This document shows positions 47,320-54,956 of a stretch of 54,956 nt of DNA, in pieces. Both the position numbers and the translations under genes were made by a program. The stretch is taken from positions 1 to 54,956 of IMG/VR virus record IMGVR_UViG_3300037634_006492; one strand, given 5' to 3'. This DNA comes from a virus (Duplodnaviria > Caudoviricetes). The notes beneath the pieces were generated by a model. That model saw only the letters and a program-made list of their open reading frames with translations, was not told where the DNA came from and did no database searches. Position 1 is the first letter of the stretch, and each line of letters starts with the position of its first letter.

Positions 47320-48747
47320 TTAAATATATTCTAAAATTATGCGGAATTTATAATCTTTGACGGCAAACATGGCCCCAGAAAATAAAGTAATTGAAAATAT
47401 AAAATAATTTTGAGAATATAAACCAAGCCCTATTTCATCAAGTTCGGAAGGACCCGGTGAAATTACTGGATTGGATGGATAGTCTTCGATACTATAGTAT
47501 GTTCCAAAATCTCCGATTTCGGGGGGGACACTTAACGTGCCTGGAGGAACTGTTGTAACTGGGATCAAATCTATACCAGATGCAGTATGATTCGGAAGAC
47601 CACCTGCACTATTCATATATGCAACATACCTACTAATAGTGGGGACTACGAAGAGGTGGGGAGTATCTCCAGAAACAAAATTAGTATATACCTTCGCTCT
47701 TACTAATCTTGCCGATACTGGTATACCATTGTCTGTCACAGTATCCCAATACTGAGGTCCGGGACTAAAAGTAAAAGTACCATTGTAATTATCTACTACT
47801 TTAACTGTACCACCCCATGTATTGGCACCTATGGTGGTACCAGTTTTACCAACACCCCAATATTGTATGGCACCAGTACCACCAGTATGGGGAATAACTA
47901 TTTCGGGTAATACATATTGATTAGTGGCGGGTGCAGTGTAGGTCCACGCTCCGGGTAGGGGGTTGTTGATACACTCAAAAATATAAGGTGTATTGTCAGC
48001 GGGAATAGTGGCCGCCATATCGATAAGTCCATTAATACTACCACCAGGAGCTGATGGATAAACTAAAATATTTCTATCCGATTCATTAATTATTGTGCTT
48101 GAAAATCCTTCTTGTGCTACAGGTAACCTACACGCTACGTTGGCTGACGAAGCTGATGTCACCACATTTAATCCGTATATTGCCACTGATGTTGTATCAT
48201 CGTCAATATCATTTAATATAAGTGGGTTTAAAATATTTTGTTTACCAATCGGTATATCATCGATAACTAATTGTTGTACAACAATAGATGGTACTATTAT
48301 ACCTCCCGATCTAACTATAGTTGTACCGCTAGATCCACTTATGGTTATACCTCCAGAATTAAGAATAGTTGTATCCCCACTAGTAATCCCCGTAAAAATC
48401 ATAGGAGATGTTACTTTTATAGGGGAACACCCCCCTAGAACCTCTGCGTATAATTTAGTTATGCAAGTGGGAGGTAGATTCCCTGCCCTTACTATAGGGT
48501 CCGACCAACTAAATGAACTACCAGATAATGAAGATAAATCTATTGGGGAGGCATCTGTACCATTATTTCTTTTTAATATTAAATCAGTTCCTGTTAATGT
48601 TCCACCACTAATATAAGTGTCAGCAGAAAAAGTTAATTGATCAAATGTAATCTTAGATGTTACATTATCATGTACTAATACAAATAGATCACTATTTTTT
48701 ATAGATGACGCTTTAGGTAACTCACTTATTTTTTTTGGAAATGCCAT
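47320..48747 (-). CDS. Tail fibre-related protein
   Basis: N-terminus PKKISELP...DLFVLVHDNVTSKITF homologous to that of the giant fibre; FSWSDPIV linker. Confidence 0.65.
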   Translation of the reverse strand: MAFPKKISELPKASSIKNSDLFVLVHDNVTSKITFDQLTFSADTYISGGTLTGTDLILKRNNGTDASPIDLSSLSGSSFSWSDPIVRAGNLPPTCITKLYAEVLGGCSPIKVTSPMIFTGITSGDTTILNSGGITISGSSGTTIVRSGGIIVPSIVVQQLVIDDIPIGKQNILNPLILNDIDDDTTSVAIYGLNVVTSASSANVACRLPVAQEGFSSTIINESDRNILVYPSAPGGSINGLIDMAATIPADNTPYIFECINNPLPGAWTYTAPATNQYVLPEIVIPHTGGTGAIQYWGVGKTGTTIGANTWGGTVKVVDNYNGTFTFSPGPQYWDTVTDNGIPVSARLVRAKVYTNFVSGDTPHLFVVPTISRYVAYMNSAGGLPNHTASGIDLIPVTTVPPGTLSVPPEIGDFGTYYSIEDYPSNPVISPGPSELDEIGLGLYSQNYFIFSITLFSGAMFAVKDYKFRIILEYI

Positions 48748-48782
48748 TTCTTTTTTATATATAAATATGTTAACATTGTTTA

Positions 48783-50765
48783 TTATTCATTACACCACAC
48801 CAATAAATCTTTTCCATCTTCAGTTAAAATATCTGTCTCCCCATCCGTTGTAATATAACAATCAATATCAAAAGGACAAATACCAAAATCTGCACACAAT
48901 TCATTAAACCTATAGCGTATTGTTGTAATATCTAAACAACACGCATAAAGTCTAAATTTAGATAAATCTCCATAAAATGTCCCTGCAAAATTATTTTCTA
49001 TTACTAAATTTTCATCTTTAGGGTCTGGACCATTCACTGTATTAGTTTCTAATAACCCTTGAGTCCCTCCACCTAAACTGTAATTAAAAGGCACACCTTC
49101 CTGTTTTTCCCGATATTCCATTAAATCTTTAAACAAAAATTCATCAAAATTTTCTATACTATATTTTAAATAACCATCAATAAAGAAATCTAACCTACCC
49201 TTTCTCCTCGGAACATTGGATATTTCTATTAATTCATATTCTTCGTATGCCCTAAATCTTATGGCTATCATCACCCACTGATTATCCGCTACTACACCAC
49301 TGGCGGAATATTCTTCATTTATGGTTACACCCGTCACCCATTTCTCTTTAGTATCCCTAAAAGTAGTGGTACCAGAAGGACAACACCCACAGGTACAACA
49401 AGTAGTATAAGTAGTAGTAACTGCAGAGCATACCCCAGACATTCCAATAGATCTATATCCAATACTACCATCATTTCTTATTCTAAACCCTAAAGCATTA
49501 TTTACTATATCCGCATTTCTATCTCTTTCATGTGTTGTTACAGTTACTACATCAGGAAAACAACAACACCCTTGTGGTTGGTATACTAAAAACGGGTTAT
49601 TTAATAATTCTGTTTTGGTTGTCTTTGGTGGCGGTAATGGATAACCAGAACTAGTAGTGTATCCTGTTTCCCCACTAAAGAAATCCCAAAACTTATTTTC
49701 TGCTCTAGTTCCCATATAATAGAAAAATCCTTCATTATTTGGAAAAACTGTATTAAGAGTATTGGCCGTTAACCCACTACAAGCATTTGAGTTTCTTCTA
49801 ACCCAAAATTCTGCCGTCCATCCACATTCATATCGTGTAGGTAAAATCTGATAATCCCATGGTTTAGGTTTTTTATCATTATAACACTTATATGACATAT
49901 GGGGATTAACACAACACCCTCCATTACCATCACCTTTTCCACAACAATTTGAACATTGGGGACCACATCCACCCATACCATCCTTCTCGAACATGGTTCC
50001 ACATAATTGACATCCACCGCCACCACAACTACAATTTGATACCATACAACTACCAGGAATAAAAAGTGGATTACATTGATTACACGAACAACCACAACCA
50101 TTACATCCACCACCACAACAATTAGATGTGGTAGTACCTGTAGTTCCTGTAGTCCCACTACTAATTGGACAACAAGAAGGTGGACAATAAAACCAATCTA
50201 ATGGCCAGGTAAACATATTATTACTAATATCATTAAAGAATGTTCTATCGGATAATTTAAAAAATCCTTGATAAAACCCACCACATAGTTGTGCATATTT
50301 TCCTACCGTAGTCCCTGAGTCAATTATTTCTATAGGATAATTATAAGTACACCCTGTTACTCTAGTGAAACAGAATCGGGTATCTGCACTAGTTAAAGTC
50401 AAAGTAGTACCAGTAAAAACATCTAAAAATTCTAAACTGCTCGTAGAAGCGCTACAATCATATGTAACAAATCCGTTATCAATACCAGTTAATCCTATAT
50501 CATGTAATGTAAGGGTAGATGTAGGTACAGATAATCGCTCAAAACATGTATCCCCATCCCATTCCACTAAACTACATAATGAATCTCCTGTTAAAGAATG
50601 AGGATTATTTACATCAATATCTATAATTAAACAATCTCCGCTTAATATTAAAGGTTGGTCTAAACTACATCTACAATCATTACAAAGAAACAGATCCCAG
50701 TAATCACTATTACTCAAACGCATTCGTAAACAATTGTTAAAATTATTTTGATTGATGTTACTCAT
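48783..50765 (-). CDS. Cys-rich virion-associated protein with LamG-like segments
   Basis: GWTAEFWVR, WVMIAIRF, LDFFIDGYL, FYGDLSKFRLY LamG-like strands interrupted by a Cys/Gly-rich insert. Confidence 0.6.
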   Translation of the reverse strand: MSNINQNNFNNCLRMRLSNSDYWDLFLCNDCRCSLDQPLILSGDCLIIDIDVNNPHSLTGDSLCSLVEWDGDTCFERLSVPTSTLTLHDIGLTGIDNGFVTYDCSASTSSLEFLDVFTGTTLTLTSADTRFCFTRVTGCTYNYPIEIIDSGTTVGKYAQLCGGFYQGFFKLSDRTFFNDISNNMFTWPLDWFYCPPSCCPISSGTTGTTGTTTSNCCGGGCNGCGCSCNQCNPLFIPGSCMVSNCSCGGGGCQLCGTMFEKDGMGGCGPQCSNCCGKGDGNGGCCVNPHMSYKCYNDKKPKPWDYQILPTRYECGWTAEFWVRRNSNACSGLTANTLNTVFPNNEGFFYYMGTRAENKFWDFFSGETGYTTSSGYPLPPPKTTKTELLNNPFLVYQPQGCCCFPDVVTVTTHERDRNADIVNNALGFRIRNDGSIGYRSIGMSGVCSAVTTTYTTCCTCGCCPSGTTTFRDTKEKWVTGVTINEEYSASGVVADNQWVMIAIRFRAYEEYELIEISNVPRRKGRLDFFIDGYLKYSIENFDEFLFKDLMEYREKQEGVPFNYSLGGGTQGLLETNTVNGPDPKDENLVIENNFAGTFYGDLSKFRLYACCLDITTIRYRFNELCADFGICPFDIDCYITTDGETDILTEDGKDLLVWCNE

Positions 50766-50827
50766 ACTTAATAAATATTAGTTAATCTTTATTATTTTTA
50801 TATCCTAATCTATAATCCATATCAACT

Positions 50828-52483
50828 TCATGGTATTGACCAACCATAATCATTAATTAATCTATTTTTTGCCGTAATTCCATCATATGGTGGTCCAGAG
50901 GTTGGTGCAGCGTTGGTACCACCAATTTCTAAGGTACACGCGGACCACCCAACTTGATTATAAATAAAATTTAATTCATAAAATTTCCATAATAGAGTAT
51001 CAACTTCTGTTGATGTCATATTATTATCATACAATTTTATAGTGGACATTGTTGCGCCGGATAATGGGAAAAAATCTATAGAAGATAAAATACACCCATG
51101 CGCCGAATAATCCGAAAAAGTACCTGTAGAAAGTGGGTGAGTTATATTCTCTAGAGTAGTATTAAGAGAGAGGTCAATGGCACCACCTAACCCAGTTAAC
51201 ATAGATAAATCCAAAGTTCCGGATAAACCACACTCACTAGCCTCATAATTAGTAAAGGTTTGTGTGGATGCAGCATGGGATATACTCGTACAACCACTAT
51301 TTCTATTAATCAGAAATGACCCACCTAAGCCAGTTAACATAGATACATCATGATTACCTGTTATATTACATGTAGTCAATGCATAAGTGGTAAATATATT
51401 GGTGGATGCAGTGTGGGTAACCCCTGTTAAATTAGGGTTAGTACTCATATTAAAATAACCCCCCAAAATTGGACACCAGGTCATATCATGATTACCGGTT
51501 ATATTACAACTATGAAGTGAATATCTAGTCCAGCTAGAATCTGTATTGGCGGTATGAGTCACACTAGTTAAATTTGGATTTAGATATAATTGAATATCCC
51601 CACCTATCTTTGGGAACATTGATAAATTAAGATTACCTGTTAAATCACATTGGTGTACCCAATAACGACTAATGTTCCCAGTTGTGGGTCCGTGGGATAG
51701 GCCGGTTAATGGCCCATTGTTATATAGATAAACCTGACCCCCTAAAGCAGATAACATAGACATATCATGATTACCAGTTAATCCACAAGTATACGCATGA
51801 TAGTTGGTAAATGTTTGGGTTGAAGGGCCGTGTGTTATTCCTGTTAATAGCAAATTATTTTGGATCTTAAAATCCCCACCCAACTTAGTAAGCATTGATA
51901 AATCAAGATTTCCTGTTAACCCACAATTATATGCGTGATATCTCACATTAAACGCTTGAGTAGATGGTCCATGTAAAATGTTAATTAAATCAGAATTTCG
52001 TGCTACATCAAAATAACCACCCAATTTAGTTATACCGCTCATCACTAATGTTCCTGTGATATTAGAATTATATATATTATAATGTGTAATAAGTTGATTA
52101 GAAATCGGATTAGTTATACCGGTTAATTGGGGATTAACACCAAATTGGTTATAGTTATTGAGATCGGGACCATTCGATAAATTAACCCAACCAGATAAAT
52201 CTAAATTACCAACAATATTTTCTTGTTCTGCATCAATTGCTTCTAATCTTTCTAATCTATTTGTTCGGAGTGTTACAGTTTTAATACTACTATCTGGATA
52301 TATATGAGAAATATCGTTACCTGCAGTATACCCACTACCATTTCCCAAATCCCAAGAAACTCTATCACTACCATACCCAAAAGATACTCTTGGGTCAAAT
52401 GATCCAGGATGAGGGGGGGAATCTGTTTTAAATGACATTGTTTCACCCACCTTATTATGTGAATAAAATGTACCTCTACTCAT
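50828..52483 (-). CDS. Leucine-rich-repeat-like solenoid protein with PKD-like N-terminus
   Basis: Tandem ~45 aa repeats CxLTGNxDxSMLxxLGGxFxxxxNxxLTGITH; N-terminal VSWDLGNG...HIY. Confidence 0.68.
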   Translation of the reverse strand: MSRGTFYSHNKVGETMSFKTDSPPHPGSFDPRVSFGYGSDRVSWDLGNGSGYTAGNDISHIYPDSSIKTVTLRTNRLERLEAIDAEQENIVGNLDLSGWVNLSNGPDLNNYNQFGVNPQLTGITNPISNQLITHYNIYNSNITGTLVMSGITKLGGYFDVARNSDLINILHGPSTQAFNVRYHAYNCGLTGNLDLSMLTKLGGDFKIQNNLLLTGITHGPSTQTFTNYHAYTCGLTGNHDMSMLSALGGQVYLYNNGPLTGLSHGPTTGNISRYWVHQCDLTGNLNLSMFPKIGGDIQLYLNPNLTSVTHTANTDSSWTRYSLHSCNITGNHDMTWCPILGGYFNMSTNPNLTGVTHTASTNIFTTYALTTCNITGNHDVSMLTGLGGSFLINRNSGCTSISHAASTQTFTNYEASECGLSGTLDLSMLTGLGGAIDLSLNTTLENITHPLSTGTFSDYSAHGCILSSIDFFPLSGATMSTIKLYDNNMTSTEVDTLLWKFYELNFIYNQVGWSACTLEIGGTNAAPTSGPPYDGITAKNRLINDYGWSIP

Positions 52484-52494
52484 AATAATTAATT

Positions 52495-54956
52495 TTAAGT
52501 GTAATCATTACCAACAGTCCAAAACGCTGCACTTCCATTATAGGTAAATGATAATATATCGGTTGCTAATGCCGTAGCGGTTAATGTTGGTGCTCCTCCT
52601 CCTCCATTTACAACATAATGGGTTCCTGCACTACCATTAATCAGTCCAAACAACAGGGTTCGTCCTCCCGTACCGTCTTGGTGTACTATAATGGTCCCAT
52701 AATCCCCATTTCTTACATTAGTTAAATTTATATCACTATTCTGAATTAAGGTTATTTCATAATTCGTACTTTGACCACTAACACTCCAAGTAAACAGGGG
52801 ACCGGTGGCACCAGTATAATAAGGGTCAATAGTTGCGCCTCCACCTCCACCGCCACCTGTACTTCCGGTTACTACATTACCACTCGAATCTAATCCTAAA
52901 TTAATTGAAGGTGATCCGCTTCCTATCGTTCCAATATTAAGATTAGGTACATATATAGTATCTGGGGTATCCCCACTAATATTTTGTCCACCTAAAATAA
53001 CACTTCTATCACCATTATTACCTAAATAATGGTTCTCACCACCAATTATAGAACCATTACCAGCCGCCCCAATTAAATGATTATCACCACCTAAAATACT
53101 ACCACCATAAGCAGTAGTAAAATTGTTACTTATAACTGAATTAGTTGACCCTAATATGATGTTATTATCAGATCTAGTCACCTGACCTATTTCATTATCA
53201 TGACCACCTATAATGGTGTTATTTAATCCGGTTTGGGATGGTGTTATTTTATTTCCACTACCACCAAGTAATGTGTTGGCGTCCATAGAGGTACCATGAG
53301 TAATACTAGTACCAGTTAAAATATGGGTATTACCAAAAACAAATGAGTATGTAATTCCAGAATCAACTATACTACCATTAAAATCTACAGAATCATGAAT
53401 AGTTATTGGTGAACATCCGTATAAGTTTGTTATATATAAATCTGTTATACATGTTCCTGATGTATTTCCCGCTTTAACTACTGGGTCGGACCAAGAGAAT
53501 GTACTACCACTACCTGTACTTCCGGTTACTACATTACCACTCGAATCTAATCCTAAATTAATTGAAGGTGACCCACTTCCTATCGTTCCAATATTAAGAT
53601 TAGGTACATATACAGTATTACTACTCTGGGCGGTAATACCAATACCACCTAATATAACTGATACACCTATACCCCCACTAATTATATTATCCTCCCCACC
53701 TATAATAGCAGATCGAGAAACATTACCAATTATATCATTTAACTTACCTCCAATTATGGCATTACTTCCATCACTGGAACTAGTCTGAATGAAATTCCCA
53801 GACCCCCCACCGATTATACTATAACCAGACCCAAAGAATGGATCATCACTAACAATACGATTACCACTACCCCCTACAATACTTTGTCCGAAAGAACCCG
53901 TATTCCCAGATAATCCATTATTTTCACCACCCAAAATTATTCCACCCCTCTGATCAGCACTAATAAAATGATCTCTACCACCTAATATTGCACTATAATC
54001 ACAATTAGCCTCTATTCCTTTATCAAAAGGATCAGTAATGGTGTAATGTGCAAACCCGCCTATGTTATTTACAAATAATGTATTCCCTGTCGCACTTTGA
54101 TATCCCCCTGCATGGGATCCTATCCCCCCAGCAATAGTTCGTATACCTTCGGCATGTGCCGCCGTATTTGCAACCTCATTTTCAAACCCTTCTACATGAC
54201 CATATGACCCTTTTAAATTAATAAAGTTAAATCCACCTTCTGCATGTGCACTTTCAGCTAATAAATGGATTTCATTTCCTTTTCCTTCTGCTTTAGAAAA
54301 ATTACTATTTACTGTATTACCACTACCCCAAGCAATAGAAAAAACCCCTAGGGCGGTAGAGCCGCTAGATTGTAAATTATCATAAACCGTAATAGGTGAA
54401 CAACCATGTAAATTTGTTATATATAAATCGGTAATACAACTACCAGTTCCACCGCTAAATCTTAAACTAGATAAATCTATATCGGCTGCAGACCCACCAT
54501 TATTATAATGTAAAGATAAAGTATAGGGTATCGCAGTAGGAAAAGTACCCCCTGTCACAAAAGTATTAGTATCGGCGGAAGCACCACTTAATGTTACCCA
54601 TTTTAATCTTCCCGAAGTATCTTTAGCACTTAAAACATCACCAATTGTAGGTGAAGTTAACTCACCCAAACCATCAATAAGAATATTACCATCAGCTTCT
54701 AATATAATAGTTGATCCTGTAGTGTTTATATCTATTTCACCACCACTAACATCAATATTTGATTCACCAAAACTATTTTCCCCACTTATTTTAGTGGCGC
54801 CATCATTAGTGGTAATTCCAGATAAGTGATGTCCTGCAATATTAATAGTACCATTTGCCGCATCTAACCATACTAGAGTTGTCGCACTTACCGGAGGACT
54901 ACCAAAAGGATTGCCCGTTCCCATTACTATACTATTGGTAGGTAATATCCCTACTG
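52495..54956 (-). CDS. Tail fibre-like protein, probably 5'-truncated by the window edge
   Basis: Frame stays open from 54924 to the edge; AHAEG and GG-N repeats; modules shared with the giant fibre; C-terminal IIVHQDGTGGRTL...DILSFTYNG domain. Confidence 0.7.
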   Translation of the reverse strand, partial: VGILPTNSIVMGTGNPFGSPPVSATTLVWLDAANGTINIAGHHLSGITTNDGATKISGENSFGESNIDVSGGEIDINTTGSTIILEADGNILIDGLGELTSPTIGDVLSAKDTSGRLKWVTLSGASADTNTFVTGGTFPTAIPYTLSLHYNNGGSAADIDLSSLRFSGGTGSCITDLYITNLHGCSPITVYDNLQSSGSTALGVFSIAWGSGNTVNSNFSKAEGKGNEIHLLAESAHAEGGFNFINLKGSYGHVEGFENEVANTAAHAEGIRTIAGGIGSHAGGYQSATGNTLFVNNIGGFAHYTITDPFDKGIEANCDYSAILGGRDHFISADQRGGIILGGENNGLSGNTGSFGQSIVGGSGNRIVSDDPFFGSGYSIIGGGSGNFIQTSSSDGSNAIIGGKLNDIIGNVSRSAIIGGEDNIISGGIGVSVILGGIGITAQSSNTVYVPNLNIGTIGSGSPSINLGLDSSGNVVTGSTGSGSTFSWSDPVVKAGNTSGTCITDLYITNLYGCSPITIHDSVDFNGSIVDSGITYSFVFGNTHILTGTSITHGTSMDANTLLGGSGNKITPSQTGLNNTIIGGHDNEIGQVTRSDNNIILGSTNSVISNNFTTAYGGSILGGDNHLIGAAGNGSIIGGENHYLGNNGDRSVILGGQNISGDTPDTIYVPNLNIGTIGSGSPSINLGLDSSGNVVTGSTGGGGGGGATIDPYYTGATGPLFTWSVSGQSTNYEITLIQNSDINLTNVRNGDYGTIIVHQDGTGGRTLLFGLINGSAGTHYVVNGGGGAPTLTATALATDILSFTYNGSAAFWTVGNDYT
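52855..53612. repeat. Internal ~100 bp direct repeat (52855-52955 and 53512-53612)
   Basis: Both copies encode YVPNLNIGTIGSGSPSINLGLDSSGNVVTGSTG with only a few synonymous changes. Confidence 0.9.

Larger units (their letters stand above)
4578..50777. promoter_or_regulatory. Dispersed putative late promoter motif TATTTAT(A/T/G) on the coding strand
   Basis: Minus-gene copies at 4578, 14878, 17602, 18578, 25160, 25768, 27898, 30857, 32690, 35156, 39501, 47280, 48760, 50770; plus-gene copies at 32696 and 35170. Confidence 0.65.

Noticed and set aside
749-50601. Many short ORFs antisense to or nested in long genes (e.g. 749-946, 1844-2065, 23687-24181, 43478-44023, 48095-48616, 49769-50158)
   Set aside because: They lie fully within well-supported genes and show no recognisable motifs; most likely shadow ORFs.
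1-54956. CRISPR array, tRNA or rRNA genes
   Set aside because: No regularly spaced repeat-spacer array or cloverleaf-like sequence was seen by eye, and intergenic gaps are short; a tRNAscan run would be needed to exclude tRNAs fully.
1-54956. Stop-codon reassignment as in some Bacteroidota phages
   Set aside because: Standard-code ORFs are long, tile the window and contain complete conserved motifs.

Overview
The window is an AT-rich, gene-dense fragment of a large T4-like contractile-tailed (probably jumbo) phage. The host is most likely Bacteroidota, judged from TTTG-N~20-TAnnTTTG promoters, a Bacteroidota-type ECF sigma factor and A/T-rich start regions. Most genes are on the minus strand. 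Replication and recombination genes include a 5'-3' exonuclease, RecA/UvsX, a gp32-like SSB, an SNF2 helicase, a glutaredoxin and a family B DNA polymerase. The tail and neck module contains a baseplate hub with a GH19-like domain, a gp53/LysM-like protein, a tube-initiator-like protein with an OmpA-like insert, tape measure, chaperone, tube, sheath, tail terminator and neck proteins. Large fibre/adhesin-like proteins lie at the right end. The most striking feature is a set of about 10 genes, concentrated at 17.0-27.9 kb, whose products carry short basic N-terminal leaders ending in (I/L)-x-E motifs. These resemble T4 capsid-targeting sequences cut by the prohead protease. The leaders sit on mix-and-match modules, some near-identical at DNA level, including pre-toxin-like hydrophobic hairpins and swapped C-termini. 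They also sit on a HAD phosphatase and an ECF sigma factor. I infer a modular, polymorphic capsid-packaged cargo/effector system. Other observations are a strand-specific TATTTAT late-promoter-like motif (the reverse complement of the T4 late promoter), a candidate +1/-2 frameshift in the tail chaperone, an unannotated RHH regulator with operator repeats, and a cohesin/dockerin-like insert in a tail fibre. All functional calls come from motif recognition by eye; no searches were run.
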